From Eledone cirrhosa (Eukaryota), in contig OZ024741.1 of assembly GCA_964016885.1 (NCBI GenBank), forward strand, positions 34,534,001 through 34,598,000: a DNA stretch of 64,000 bases, written 5' to 3'. The notes under the pieces were generated by a model. The model was not told the origin of the DNA, did not search any database, and was given only the letters and a program-made list of their open reading frames with translations. Positions 47,789-61,477 of this stretch are shown here, piece by piece. The translations under genes and the position numbers were made by a program. The first letter of the stretch is position 1. The number at the start of each line of letters is the position of its first letter.

Positions 47789-50700
47789 TAATAATAATAA
47801 TGAAAATATTGTGTACAGTGCTCAGGTGCACTACAACTCATCAAAAGTGTATGTATAGTACATAGGGAAATGTACAAACGTCAGGAAAATGAACAGTGCA
47901 TGAGTCATGATATACATATGTGTGCATGTGTATGGAAGGGGGACATCAGGTGTAGTTTTGGCGAATTTCGAGAAACATAAGGGTTTTAAAGGATGCAGTG
48001 TCTTGGCAGCTAACAACTGACGCAGGCAGTTTGTTCCATGCTTCAGCAACTCTAAGCGTGAAAAAATGTTTCTGAAAGTCATGGGAGCTGTGCTGTTTTC
48101 TAACTTTGTAGGCATGTCCACGTGTGTTAGACACATGGAGATCAAAAAGGTGCTCAGGGTTGTTGTTGGCGAGATGGTTAATAACTTTATGGGTGTTTAC
48201 CAAGTTCATTGCCAGACGTCGGAGCTTCAATGAATCCATGCCCAGGGAAGCAAAGTGTTCAGAGTATGGTAGGTGTCTGATGGAGGGTATGCACTTGGTT
48301 GCACATCTCTGAACAGTTTCCAGGAGGTCAATGTTCTGAGCAAGATAGGGGTTCCAGACTGATGATGCGAATTCCAAGTGTGGTCGTACCATAGCTGTAT
48401 ACAGCTTTAAATAGATGGCTGGAGAGCGGCTAACAAAGGTCTTGCTGAGTGATGCCAAGACACCCTCAGCCTTCTTGACAATTTTAGAGATGTGCTTTGT
48501 CCAACGCAAATCGCTGCTGACAGTAATGCCCAGGTCACGTTCACAAGAGGACTTCTTGATATCAGTGTTGTGGAGGGAGTATGTGGACGCTGGATTTTTC
48601 CTCCCAAAATGCATGGTGATACACTTGTCCACAGCCAGCTTCAGTTGCCAGTCTGTGATCCATTGCTGCATTGTGTCCAGGTCTGATTGTAGGAAAGAGT
48701 TACAGATTTCAGGATCTGCCCTTTTGATTTCAAGGTACAGCTTGATGTCATCTGCATATTTCAGTACTGTGGCATTCTTTAAGTTAGCATCTATGTCATT
48801 AATGTATGCAACAAATAAAAGGGGACCAAGAACAGATCCCTGTGGTACCCCAGATGACATCTCATATGGTGAAGAATGCTGTCCTAGAACCGTGACTACC
48901 TCTTTTCGGCTGAGAATGAAGGATTTCAACCAGTTAAAAAGATCATCCTTCGTACTCGTTGCAGAGAGTTTTGCCATAAGTCTTTTGTGTGGCACAGAAT
49001 TAAAAGCCTTAGTGAATTCAAGGTAAACAACATCCATCCATGAGCCGCTGTCAGTGATCCGGGTAATGTCTTCAAGGAACTCGATAAGCTGATCACAGCA
49101 GCTGGAGTTAGGGATAAATCCAAATTGCGAGGACCGGATGAGGCTGTGAGAGCTCCAGAAGTTCCAAAGTGTTTCTCTGACACAAGATTCCATCAGTTTG
49201 GCAATACAGCTAGTAAGACTGACTGGACGATAGTTGACAGGTGACGTGCTGTCGCCCTTTTTGAACAGGGGAATGACACTGGCAGTTTTCCACTGCTCCG
49301 GAGTAGCACCATTGTTGAGAGAGTATTGAAAGAAGAAAGAAAGCTGGTGCAAAAGTAACTACCCACCACGTTTGAGAAGCAGGTATGTCACACCATCAAG
49401 ACCAGGGGCAGCATAGTTGTGCTTATTCTTAAGGTGACGTCGCAACATTGCAGGTGTAAATTCCATAGTTGTTATGGAATTTGATGTTAGAGATGGTGGA
49501 GATGGTACATTCTGGTTTTCAACAGTAAAATGCTTGCATAGCACTCAGCAATGATTTCTGCGCATTCTTTGGGGTCGTCAGTCATCTGGCTTGTGTGGGG
49601 ATTGCGAAGAGGACCAACTGGAGAGTGAGGTCTCTGCTTTGAATTACATATTTCCAGAACACCTTACTGTCAGGATTGGTTGCTATGCACTGTTCAAATT
49701 CAAGCACTGCCTTCTTTGTCACTTGCTTGAGATAGTTAGAAGATTTATTCCGCTTTTTTCTGTTGGCATCTGATTTATGCAGTTTATATTCCCGTTCAGC
49801 ATTCCGACGTTCTTTCCTGGCAAGTCGGACTGCTGAAGTTTCCAAAATTGCACTTTTGGGATGGGTTTTTTTCTGCTTACGTGGCACTGATGCTGCACAC
49901 ACTATCCATATTGAGTCCAGGATGCTCTGGACTATAGTGTTCACATCTCCAGAGTTATAGAACTCATGCCAGTTTGGGCGCTGTAGCTCAGTGCAGTACA
50001 AGTTCCAATCTGCTTTCTTCCAATCAAAGCAAGCAGATTGGAGATGGTTCTGGTTTTTGTTGCTGCCTGCAAGAGCCAGATTGGCAATGATCATAGCATG
50101 ATCAGAGTCGCCTAGAGGTTCCTCAGTAGTACAACTGATAACCACTTCAGGAGTAGTGGTGAAGAGCAGGTCCAAAGTGTTGTCACCTCTTGTTGGAGAG
50201 GTGACTACTTGTGACCAGTTTGAGTCCAGCACTAGCTCAAGGAAATCGTTTGTACTTTGTGGCCAACGAAAGGTTTCCCAATCGATCTCAGGATGATTGA
50301 AGTCACCTGCAATAAACACATAAGTGGCTGTTTTCCTGGCAACAGCTCTGAGGATATGGCAAAGCTGTGTGTCCTAATGGTAGTTTGGGGGGCAATAAAC
50401 AACACCAAGCAGAAGTGTTGAGATGGTCATACGTATGTCACAGAAAAAAAACTTCTTGTGATTCGTTCAAATCAACGTAAGGAATTACCGAAAAATTTGA
50501 ACGAACGTAGACCATCACACCACCACCATGGCGATTAATGCGGTCCTTGCGGAAAAGTTTGTACCCAGTAATGCTGAAAACTCCATCACAGAATATGGAA
50601 TGTGCCCATGTTTCCGTGACTGTGATGAAGTCAGGGTCAATGCTTCTGACGTAGGAGTTAAACAGATGTATCTTGTTGCATAAACTGTGAGCATTTAAGG

Positions 50701-52100
50701 ACAACAATTTGTACCCTGCTTGCAGTTTATGATGTTGTGTAGAGGATGGCAAGTTGTTCTGGTTTAGTTTCCCAGAGTTGTTGCAGTTTTTTCATTGCCA
50801 GTTATTGTGGGTAGAGCGCACTCAGACCAGCTGGTATCTCTCTTCCACGTTTCACCAGCCTTAACAAACCTCCAGATCTGCCCATCATCACGCAGACTAA
50901 AACTTTCATGTTGTGCTGAGTTCCGATTCAAGGAAGCTGCAGCACATAGCTTTGGATGTACATAAGGTGGTAGGCCAGGGAGATTCTTTAGCAAGGCATT
51001 CCGATAAGACCCCTGATTGTGGGGTCCTACCCGAATGCTTGCTTTTATTCCTGTTACTTCCCTTCTTAAAGCAGAAATCATTTGTTGCAATTCTGCAAAA
51101 TCTGTACTGGTCAATTGTTGTTGTTGTTGTTGTTGCTGTTGTTGATGTTGGTGTTGTTGCTGCTGCTGCCGTTGTTGTTGTTGTTGTTCCTCCACGGGAA
51201 TGGTAGGGGAAGACACAGTCGTTGGTTGTTGGTGTCGAGATGTACTGGGAGCGGAAGACATGGGTTGTTGTTTCTGATGTTCTTCCACAGGAATAGCAGC
51301 AGAAGCCACTGTCATAGGTTTTTGCCGTTGTTCAGTAACAATGGTAGAGGAAGATACAGTCATCGGTTTTTTTTTTGTTGTTGTTGTTGTTTTTCAATAA
51401 CATTGGTGGAGGCACTGAAAGGACCAGTTTTTAGCTGGACCATCTTCCAGAGTCCATCCATTATAGCAATATGATGTCTCTTTTTTGGGCCTGGGATCCT
51501 CCAGAAGCCTGTGGCGCATTGAAGGCAGACAGAGATGCGACAGGTTCCACATTCGACCCAGCGATTACGGAACGAGTTTTCGGGTTCCGTACAAATATGG
51601 CAGGTGTGATTTTCTGGGCAATGTTCTATTTTGGAACATCGACCAGTTTTGTCACATACTTCATCGATGGATATCACCATGGCAATTTTGTTATTTCTGC
51701 CCATCCGTAGAAAAACACACAATGTAAACAATATAGGTTTAGCACACTTGATTACGATAGAAATAAAATGTTTTTTTTTTTTTTTGTGTATTTTTTGTTT
51801 CCGTTTTCCTAAATATTGTGTGTGTGTGTGCAAAAGGATCTACGCATGTATGTTTATAACAATATAGGTTTAGCACACTTGTATTGTTATATTGTTATAT
51901 TTACGGAGGGTCACATTGTTATAATATTGCCAGAAATATATAGTAAAACACACTCATTGTTTGGTTTGGGTTAGTTTTTGCTTCAGTATATTTTATATTT
52001 CTATAATTAATTCAGCTGGCAGTCAATGTTTATCATTGATTGACCAACAGTTAAAAATATAGATATAGTCTTTCAGAGTTCTTTCGTCACACACACACAC
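47789..52100 (-). mobile_element. Decayed second CR1/L2-like LINE, related subfamily (5' end approximate)
   Basis: Frameshifted or stop-interrupted ORF2 pieces (47946-50752), ORF1 with an internal deletion and expanded polyQ (50764-51703), same 3' hairpin and (TTA)n tail. Confidence 0.9.
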
Positions 52101-52656
52101 ACATACATATCTGTTGTTTAGTAAATTGTTTTTAAAATTTCAAGATATAAAAAAGTTCAAGGTTGCATAATCTGCAGTATTTTAATCCACTCCACAAAAC
52201 TTACTTCCTAACTATATCCACCCCACACTACTAACCAGTACCTTGCTTATCGTAATAAATGGATACTTAAGTACGATCAGCAAACTACAACTATCAACTT
52301 GGTGTATATCGCCTTTCCTTCCCCTTCTCTTAACTTTTTTCCTGTCCCCTCTCTCTTTCTCCCTCCTTCTCTACATCTATTAACCTGCTCTCTGTAGCAA
52401 TAAATAATTCCAAACTTGATAATATCAACACAATGCCTAAGTTGTCACTTTGAGAGTAAGCAGTATAATAAAACCACTTGTTGGACCCCTATCACAACAT
52501 TTAGATTAAGCTATCTGTATTCTTCAAACCACTCTCTCCCATTTCACCTACCCCTACATATCTCTCTCTCTCTATCTCCCTCTCTTTCTCTCTTCCTTTT
52601 CTACTCTATCTTCCTCAATTACTCCCTTTAAGAAATATAAAGAAACCATGATTCAG

Positions 52657-52786
52657 CCATTCGTTCTGAAGATTTGGTGGTGCGAACAGCATTTGAAAAT
52701 TGAGTATATGCAAATTAATAACTACCAATTTGCATATAGCATGACTAGGCTGTGTAACTACTAAAGAAACATTTGTAAACACTTGG
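52657..52786 (+). ncRNA. Type-I hammerhead-like motif with enlarged stem II; inverted copy at 47019-47148 (-)
   Basis: GUU-CUGAAGA-UUUGGUGGU...(12-bp hairpin UAUAUGCAAAUU/AAUUUGCAUAUA)...ACUACUAAA-GAAA-CAUUUG-UA-AAC. Confidence 0.65.
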
Positions 52787-53172
52787 AATAAATTACCTTT
52801 TTATGATGTCTACCTGTTTTATTAATCATTCTTTATCTACACTCCGGAATATAGAAGAATGGGAAACCAAGTTTCTTTAACTGTTCTTTTGTAACTCGTT
52901 GAGTAACCCCTCACTGTACGTCGACTCTATCTAGTGTAGTAATTAACATTACTGCATTCAGGATAATCCTAAGCATTTCTTGCATAACCTAATATATATA
53001 TATTTATGTTATAAACATTTATATAGGTTATATACATTCTTTTCTTTTTCCTTTTTTGTACATAGAATGTTTTTAGAAATCTATATAGAAATGTATATAT
53101 GTGATTTAATGTATACTTGTGATTTAAGAGAGATTTGCCTTTTTATGATGTCTACCTGTTTTATTAATCATT

Positions 53173-53239
<67 letters not shown>

Positions 53240-53437
53240 AATAATAATAAATTTGAAGACTAAAATCCAAAGAGGGCTCGATAAGGATAAATAGATATCA
53301 AATATATAAGAACCGTAGAGCAAATGTTGGCGAGTGTTTTCGCGTTTGCTTGTGTATGTATATATTTAATTTCAATAACCTCTGTATTTTATTTACTTTA
53401 TTCTTAACTCTGTAGCCGAGAATCATTCAGTTTCCTA

Positions 53438-53707
53438 AATAGAATTTTAGTCTACGACTTCAGTTATACCATTTACGTGGTTTTGTCTTTGTGTGTAATT
53501 GTTCTCACAGCTCCACATAATGACGTATTATTTCCGTTCATTGCCAGAGAACGTCTCCATGAACCACCTAATAGAATATTAGTCTACGACTTCATTTATA
53601 CCATAAACGTGGTTTTGTCTTTGCGTGTAATTGTTTTCACCGCTCCAAATTATGACGTATTATTTTCATTTTTTTCTGTTCTTTGCCAGGGAACGTTTCC
53701 ATGAACC
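53438..53707. repeat. Tandem duplication with a unit of about 132 bp
   Basis: AATAGAAT(T/A)TTAGTCTACGACTTCA...CCATGAACCA occurs twice. Confidence 0.8.
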
Positions 53708-53804
53708 AAAGTATCATCTCCCTGTCTTCCTTCGTTTGCTATGTTTTTTGAAATATTTACTTAGGGTGAAAGCAGCGATTCTTTGCTTAAACTTTAATCT
53801 GTTA

Positions 53805-53840
<36 letters not shown>

Positions 53841-53998
53841 AGAAAAAAGAGAATCACTGTTGCTACGAAAGGAATTGTAATATGTCCAATAAATTCCTTT
53901 CGTCGCAACACTGATTCTCTTTTTTCTGTGATATCATACTCTGCTCTACGAGTGCTCATACGGCCTATCGCATATGGACGCTTTAAGCATCCAACACC

Positions 53999-54057
<59 letters not shown>

Positions 54058-54246
54058 CACACATATATATATATGTGTAAAATAATATACATATATATAG
54101 CCTATATAGATATATATAGCTTAAATCCTTATAGCCTATATGAATATATATAGCCTATATAAATTCAATTAAGTCAACTATTTTATTTTTGATTTGAATT
54201 TGGTTATCCTAGAATGAGAAATGAAAAAAAATAAATTAAAACTTAC

Positions 54247-54459
54247 TCATGCATCAAAGGTTCATCAGTGGAGACTCTAGGGATTCTTGGCCCATCATTT
54301 GCCAGGAAACGGTAACGGATATTGGCCAGGAAATTATTGATGGCTGTATCAACATGCTGTGAAATCTCTTTGCGTTTGTTTTCATTCAGTTCTTGAAGTT
54401 TTTCTCTCAACGCAATACAACAGTCTTCAAGTCGTTTGTCAAAATCACTGCTATTAGAT
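54247..54459 (-). CDS. AGL: Glycogen debranching enzyme, first exon visible in window
   Basis: tttatag|ATCT acceptor and GA|gtaagt donor. Encodes SNSSDFDKRLEDCC...YRFLANDGPRIPRVSTDEPLMH. Phase joins the next exon (GA+C = D, then YFVFP). Confidence 0.88.
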
Positions 54460-55019
54460 CTATAAAAGAGATACATTGTACATTGTATAGTTGTGGCAGC
54501 TACATTTAAGTGTAAAGTGTATAGTGGGGGTACTGTAGATAGAGAGGAAACTTGGAAATGGAGTGAAGATGGAAGGTGTGGGAATATTTGGTTACCTAGA
54601 AGACATGTGGAATGGAATAGGTGAATTAAAGACAACAATGGCCACAGTGAGATGTTCCAGGAACTGAGTGGCATGCTAATGAGGACAGGAGTGTTGCTGA
54701 AACTGAGGGGAAAGGTGGATGCAAAATAGAGAAGATTGTTAGGAGAACTGCAAGGCTAACCTCTGCTTTCATAGGGAGAATGACTATAAAACAATTGGTG
54801 TTATATATATATCATCATCAACATCAGTATCGATTAACGTCCATCTTCCAGATTTGCATGGGTCCCATTTAGAGGCAAGTTGGGTCGGGTGACCATGTCT
54901 TGCTCATATAAGGGTGCTTCTGGCTGGTTTTCTATGGCTGGATACTCTTCCTAACGCCAACCACATTGACAGTGTGTATTGGGTGCTTTTTGCCGTGTCT
55001 TTTACATGTCCACTTCACA

Positions 55020-55062
<43 letters not shown>

Positions 55063-55210
55063 TAAGAATATTTTCGAAACACCGAGTGGGTTTGAAATTA
55101 TTAGAAATGTAAGTTATCGCCGTATTTTGACTAAAGAAATTAAAGAAATTATTTAGCCTGATAGTGGGGTTAAGAACCCTCAGAGAAATGGAAAAAGCTG
55201 AGTATTGACG

Positions 55211-55262
<52 letters not shown>

Positions 55263-55543
55263 TATTGAGTAAAATGACAGGAGGCCGGACTGGTGAAATT
55301 CCCTCAAAGATTTATTTCAGCAAGCACTATGCACATTTCGGTGGCCAGGCTACAAATGATCCTGGTGACATCATCAGGTGTTTATTGCATAATAGTTATA
55401 TAATAAAGGAATAATGGTAAATACAATCCAAGAGGCTATAAGGAGAGAAAGCAGATAAAAAAAACTGACAACAACTGACCCTCTTGATCGCCTTAGAGTC
55501 AAAAACATTTTTCTCTGTTTTTTTGTTATCTGCTTATATATGC

Positions 55544-55576
<33 letters not shown>

Positions 55577-55581
55577 TATTC

Positions 55582-58303
55582 GCAGTTATCTCCCTTACAC
55601 ATTTCGACTGTGGATTTTTATCGCTTGGGAGAAGTAACCGTTTCTGCGCATGCGCATTCATACAGTTGTTTCTCCTTTTCCTGTTCCGTATAACCATTGT
55701 CAGTCCGAGCTGAAGATCTGCAAGGTGAAACAATTGTTCTTGGTATGGTGAAATAACTGTTGTGTTACTACTTCTACCAAACTCGTCCCATGGACTGAGT
55801 GCTCTACCACTATGGATATTACCCTCCACTGTTCTACCTTTGTACATGTGTCCAGCACCGGTCAGCAGATTTTTTTCATCATGTGGAAGTTTGGCATTCT
55901 ACCTTGTGACCGCTCTCTATATCCTTGTGTCTTACACAACTTTGTGTCTCACCAACGTCAGAATGGATTTATACGAACTGGATTACTCTGAAGAATATTC
56001 CCACTCCCTCCAACCATATTTACTTAAAGCTTCTCCTACAAAAAGTGGAAGATATCATCAAACGCTTAAGATGGCGAGCCCTAGCTTTTGAAGGTAAAAT
56101 TACAGGCACCAGTAACACCTTCAACCTAAAATCGAGAGCCTACCCTCCTAAGGTAACTCGACTCACTCCTTTCGAAGCAGACCTTCTTGACTTAGTCGCT
56201 AACATTTCCTTTCACAAACAACTCTAGCACCTTCCAAAACAAACTTAGAAATGATATTAAGAAATTTAGGTCTTCCAATAACACTTTCGTTCTTTCTGAC
56301 AAAACCAATAATGTTTATGAAGTCGACAACACTACTTACAGCTACCTGGCACGTAATGCCATATCCTATAAATATAAGAAGGCTAACCCTACGGCCTACC
56401 ACGACATCAATACAGAAGCCAAAGAACTTGCCGCCGCTCTTAAGGTAGATAAGAAACTACAATGCTAGCCAAGCGTGAGGCGTTTCTCACCCTGAAGGAT
56501 CACAAGGTAGACTTTGTTTCTAATCCCATGTGTAGACTACTAAACCTGGCATGCACGGAAATGGGACTAGTCAGTAAGGCTATACCTAGGAACATAGTTA
56601 AGACCATTAGGACCAAGTCCAACCGGCCCCAGTGGGAGAACAGCGACTCCGTCATTAAGAGGTTCAACTCCTTCAACTCCAAAAAAGAGAAGTTCACGCA
56701 ATTTGACATTGTGGATTTTTACCCGTCGATCTCAGTGACCCTGTTGAACAAAGCATTGGACTTTGCTACCATGTACACTAGCATCCATGATTTAGACAGG
56801 GAGATCATCGCACACTGCCGGAAAACCCTCCTCTTCAACAACGGAGTAGCCTGGACAAGGAAGTCAACTACTTCAGAACTATTTGACGTTTCCATGGGAT
56901 CGTTCGACACTGGTGACGTATGCAAGTTGGTTGGCTTATTTATTTTAAATATATTACGTACTAGATTCCTGGACTTCCACACAGGAATATACCGCGACGA
57001 TGGTCTGACCCTATCGAGCCATAAAAGTGGTCACGACCTGGACTGGTTTAAAAAACATTTAATTTCTACATTTAATGAGTTAGGACTTAGTATAACGGTA
57101 GCTACAAACCTCTCTAGTGTAGATTTCTTAGACATTAATTTAGACCTTTGCACACATACCTTCAGACCCTTCAATAAACTAAACGATAAACTTAACACAA
57201 AGACTCATGGCACCCTCCTACTGTCTTTACAAACTTCGTAAATAGTATTGGTACTAGAATCTCTAGCCTCTCCTCTAATAAAGCAATCTTTGACAGTGGC
57301 CCCCTACTACAACACGGCGTTAGCTAACAGCAGCTTCTCACAACCAATTACTTACTCCCCCCGCTAACACCAACAGCAATAAGAAAAGAAATTGTACCAA
57401 TAGACAAACTATCTGGTTCTCTCCCTCCTTCTCACTCAACGTTAAAACTAATGTAGGAAAACATTTTTTAGCCCTCTTAGATAGACACTTTCCCATAGGT
57501 CACAAATACCGCTCCATCTTTAACAGACACAAGGTAAAACTAGGATACTCTTGCGCTAAGAATATGAAGGCCCACATCACCAACAGTCCTAAGAGCGGCA
57601 CCCCACCAGGATGCTCTTGCCAAAAGCCTGAAGCTTGTTTTCTTCAACAGCAATGCAACACACCCACTGTAGTTTATGAAGCTGTGGTCACTTCCAACCG
57701 ACCAAATCAACCACAAGAGATCAAATCCCATGTGGGTATGGCGGAGGGCCAGGTTAAGGAACGCTTCCTGAACAATCATTCAACCTTTAGGTACCCGGAA
57801 AAACGATCATCCACGAAACTCGTGAGCCACGTATGGTCTCTCAAGGACTCTGGTATAGACTACGCCATTCAATGGAAAGCTATCACTAAGTCCAAGCCAT
57901 AAGCAAGAGGTAATCCATCTTGTGGACTGTGTATTGAAGAAAGAATCAATATTCTAAGATTATGCAATAGCGATTGCCTAAATTCAAGAAATGAACTTTT
58001 CTCACGTCCACACATCTGGAAACACCTCTTACATAACAAACAAAGCTCCGGGTTGAATAATATAACATCAACATTCTAATATTTTAATCAACTCAAACAA
58101 TGTATTCTGGACATTCACAGTTATCTCCCTTACACCTTTCGACCCTGGCTTTTTATCGCTTGGGAGAAGTGACCTTTACTGCGCATGCGCATTCATACAG
58201 TTGTTTCTCTTTTTCCTGTTCCGTATAACCATTATCAGTCCGAGCTGAAGATCCGCAAGGTGAAACAATTGTTCTCGGTATGGTGAACTAACTGTTGTGT
58301 TAC
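55582..58303 (+). mobile_element. Penelope-like element (probably Nematis-type), frameshifted, with two direct pseudo-LTRs
   Basis: Direct repeats of about 190 bp at 55582-55769 and 58117-58303. RT pieces LKNIP..KRLRWRA, TLKDHK, FDIVDFYPSI, YRDDGL. C-terminal GIY-YIG-like VVYEA..HVG...LVSHVWSLK...CGLCIEE. Inserted in (TA)n. Confidence 0.88.
58240..58278 (+). ncRNA. Minimal type-I hammerhead ribozyme in the Penelope 3' pLTR; second copy at 55705-55743
   Basis: CCGAG-CUGAAGA-UCC GCAA GGU-GAAA-CAAUUG-UU-CUCGG: perfect stem I, GNRA-capped stem II, palindromic loop III. Confidence 0.85.
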
Positions 58304-58338
58304 AACTAATATATATATATATATATATATGTATATGT

Positions 58339-60800
58339 ATCATCATCATCATCATTTTACGTCCATTTTTCCCCGCTTGCAAGGGTTGGATGGGTGGTCC
58401 TATTCAGCACAGCCTCTCTCCACTTGTCACGGTCCTTCGTCATCTCCTCGGTGAGTTTCAGCGATCTTAGGTCTGCTTTCACCACCTCCTCTGGGATTTC
58501 TTGGCACTTCTTTACCCAACGGTCATCCTCCATGCACATCACATGTCCATACCATCTCAGCCTTCTCTCTTGCACACCACAACTTATCCCTCTTATACCC
58601 AGTTTCTTTAACAACTTGTCTATGCTTGGTTGTTCACGCACATTGACATTGCACATCCAATGGAGCATACTTGCTTCATTTCTCTCCAGCTGTCGCATAT
58701 CCTCTGCAGTTGCTGCCCATGTTTCACTACCATGCAGCATCGCACATCTCACACAGGCATCATATAACCGTCCTTTCATACGCAGAGAGAAACGCTTCTT
58801 TGTCAACAGATGAAGCAGCTCCCTAAACTTCTTCCAACCCGTCCTTATTCTAGATACTATGGCCTCGGAACACCCTCTTCCCATGCTAATCTGATCACCT
58901 AGGTACCGGAAGCTATCAACCACTTCTATAGAACCCACCTGCATTGGAAAAATATGTCTATCACTGCGATTACTACTGCCAACTTTTCCCGTACATCTAC
59001 TGCATATGTAGTTTTCCCTACCTGTCAGTTTGCCTGCTATCCCACTACATCTCTTGTGTACCCAAGATCCGCATTGCGTACATTTTATGGAATTTATGCC
59101 AGTTCCTTTCCTACATATTGAACATGCTATTTCCCTGATGGAATCAGAGTATTGTCCTCTCTTCTACTTATCAACACTTTTGTCTTAGCTATGTTCACTC
59201 TCAGACCTCTTGATTCCAACTGCTGTTTCCATAGCCAGAATTTATTCTCTAGCTCCTCTACTGATTCTGCTATAAAAACCAGATCATCAGCATAGAGAAG
59301 TTCCCATGGGCATCCAGTCTTAAACTCCTCTGTTATCGTTTGGAAGACTATAATGAACAAGAATGGGCTGAGGACCGAACCCTGATGTACACCTACTTGT
59401 ATCTGAAATTCCTCACTAAACTCCATGCCTACTCTCACTTTACTGACAGCACCCCTGTACATAGCTTGCACTGTCCTCACAAGCCATTCCTCTACACCTA
59501 GTTTCCTTAGGGACCACCAGATGACAGATTGGGGTACCCTATCAAAGGCTTTCTCTAGATCAACAAAAGCTAAGTATTCTTCTCTAAGAACATCTCTTGT
59601 AGTTGCCTCACTAAGAAGAGGGAATCTGTTGTACTTTTCCGGGGCACAAAACCAAACTGCATCTCATCTAATTTGACCCTTTCTCTAATCAGTTGCGCTA
59701 ATATCCTCTCTGCCACTTTCATAACCTGATCCATCAGCTTTATGCCCCTATAATTGCTCCTCTCCAGAGCATCCCCTTTACCTTTGTAGGAATTTATGAG
59801 AAAACTGCTGCACCAGTCTTTGGGTATGACACCACCAGATATAGCTTCCTTGACGATGCATGCAACCAGTTCAGTGCCTACTTCTCCTGATGCCTTCAGC
59901 ATCTCAGCAACTATCCCTGACGGTCCAGCAGCCTTACCATTCTTCATTTCCTTAATTGCCTCTTGTACCCTATATTCGTCAATCTCAATAGCTGGTCCCT
60001 CTGTTGGGTCTACTGGGGGTAATTTCTCTCTGTCCCATTCATTCTCCACATTCATCAGTCTTTCATAGTGACATTTCCAGGTTGTCACGTCTTCTGGTAA
60101 GGATATAATCTATCTGACTGGCGTGTTCCCCTGATCTATAGGTGATCAAGTGATTGTCTCGTTTTTTGAAGTTTGTGTTACAGGTAGTTAGGTTATTAGC
60201 GTCACAGAATTCCAGGATTCTGAAGCCTTCCTCATTTCTGGTACCAAACCCATAGCCTCCATGGATTCCGTCATAGCCATCACAATGTTGTCCAACATGA
60301 CCATTTAGGTCACCAGCAATAATTATGTAGTCATTGTCAGTTAGTTGGGAGGTAGTGAGCATTAGCGACTCATAGAATCTGTCTTTTATAATGCCAGGCA
60401 GTCCAGATTGGGGTGCGTAAGCAGATATTATTATCACAGTAGTTCTATTTAGGACAAGTCTTATTTTAATTATTCTGTTGTTCACTCTATTTACGTCTAT
60501 TATCTTATCTACCCATTTTTCTGCTAACATGATTCCTACTCCACCCAGCCCATTGTCATTTCCCACCCAGAAAAGTTTACAGCATCGTTTTTTACCCACA
60601 ATGAATCTAGCAGACCCACCCCTCCACCTAGTCTCTTGAGCGCAACAAACATCAACTTCCTTATGTTCAAGCATCTCTACAACCTCGTTAGAGCGACCTT
60701 TTAAAGTGCCTACATTCATGGTACCAACTCTGAAGCTTTGGATTTCGTTTGGTGGGTGGAAGGAATGGGTTACAGGCGCAGGGATGGGTGAGGCGATGGA
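58339..60800 (-). mobile_element. RTE-type LINE, internally deleted and frameshifted
   Basis: APE ORF 60063-60719 (NVGTL, QETRW, YAPQ, GDLNGHVG), RT pieces 58357-60088, (GAT)n tail. Confidence 0.88.
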
Positions 60801-61255
60801 GTTATGTTAGCCATCTGCGTCTGAAATAAAGAGGAATCCTTGCATTCTCGTCCGGCAACATGAGGTGAATTTATCTTTATCTTCGACATTGTCATTTGAG
60901 TGTTCAGATTCTGCATACTCTCCAGGATTCTATAGTCCATCAGCATATCGAAAAGCAACCAGGTCTAAACTTAAGGAGTGATAGCCGAGGCGGTGGTTTT
61001 GTGAAAGAGATTGGTAAGAGAAACATATTATAAGCCACTGGATTATGATTGGACTATATAATAATGGTGGCGAGTGGGGGTGGGAGGAGGGGAGGGATAT
61101 GGGGAAGTTAACGAGAAGGTTATTTTTATAATCTAAACCTACAAATTCGACCACAATATAAACGAACGGATAACAATAATCAGAGTTTAAATATGAGAAG
61201 GTTATTACATGAATGTATAACAGTAATCAGAGTTTAAATACGAGAAGATTGTTTT

Positions 61256-61319
<64 letters not shown>

Positions 61320-61364
61320 GTATATATATATATGTATATATGTATATATATATATGTATATATG

Positions 61365-61396
<32 letters not shown>

Positions 61397-61477
61397 AATA
61401 TGTATATATATATATATATATGTCGTTTCTGAATTTGTTTAGCAAGATTCTTTATCTGAAATCGTGTGTTGAAACCG

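Larger units (their letters stand above)
45309..53138. repeat. Inverted repeat with arms of about 950 bp enclosing the decayed CR1-like LINE
   Basis: Left arm is 45309-45452 plus 46828-47667 (split by an RTE insertion); right arm is 52195-53138. The ORF track also shows the mirrored peptides. Confidence 0.9.

Noticed and set aside
55150-55205. TTTAGC-CTGATAG-hairpin-GAGAAA...GCTGAG
   Set aside because: The core deviates from CUGANGA/GAAA and there is no valid stem III; cannot be supported as a ribozyme.
55264-55520. Coding-like fragment between TA arrays (AIRRESR..KKLTTTDP)
   Set aside because: Possibly a decayed GIY-YIG piece, but too short and disrupted to call.
60855-60950. Minus-strand CGATATG-CTGATG-GAC...GTC-GAAG...CATGTTG upstream of an RTE element
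   Set aside because: Two core positions are missing and neither a hammerhead nor an HDV-like fold could be completed by eye.
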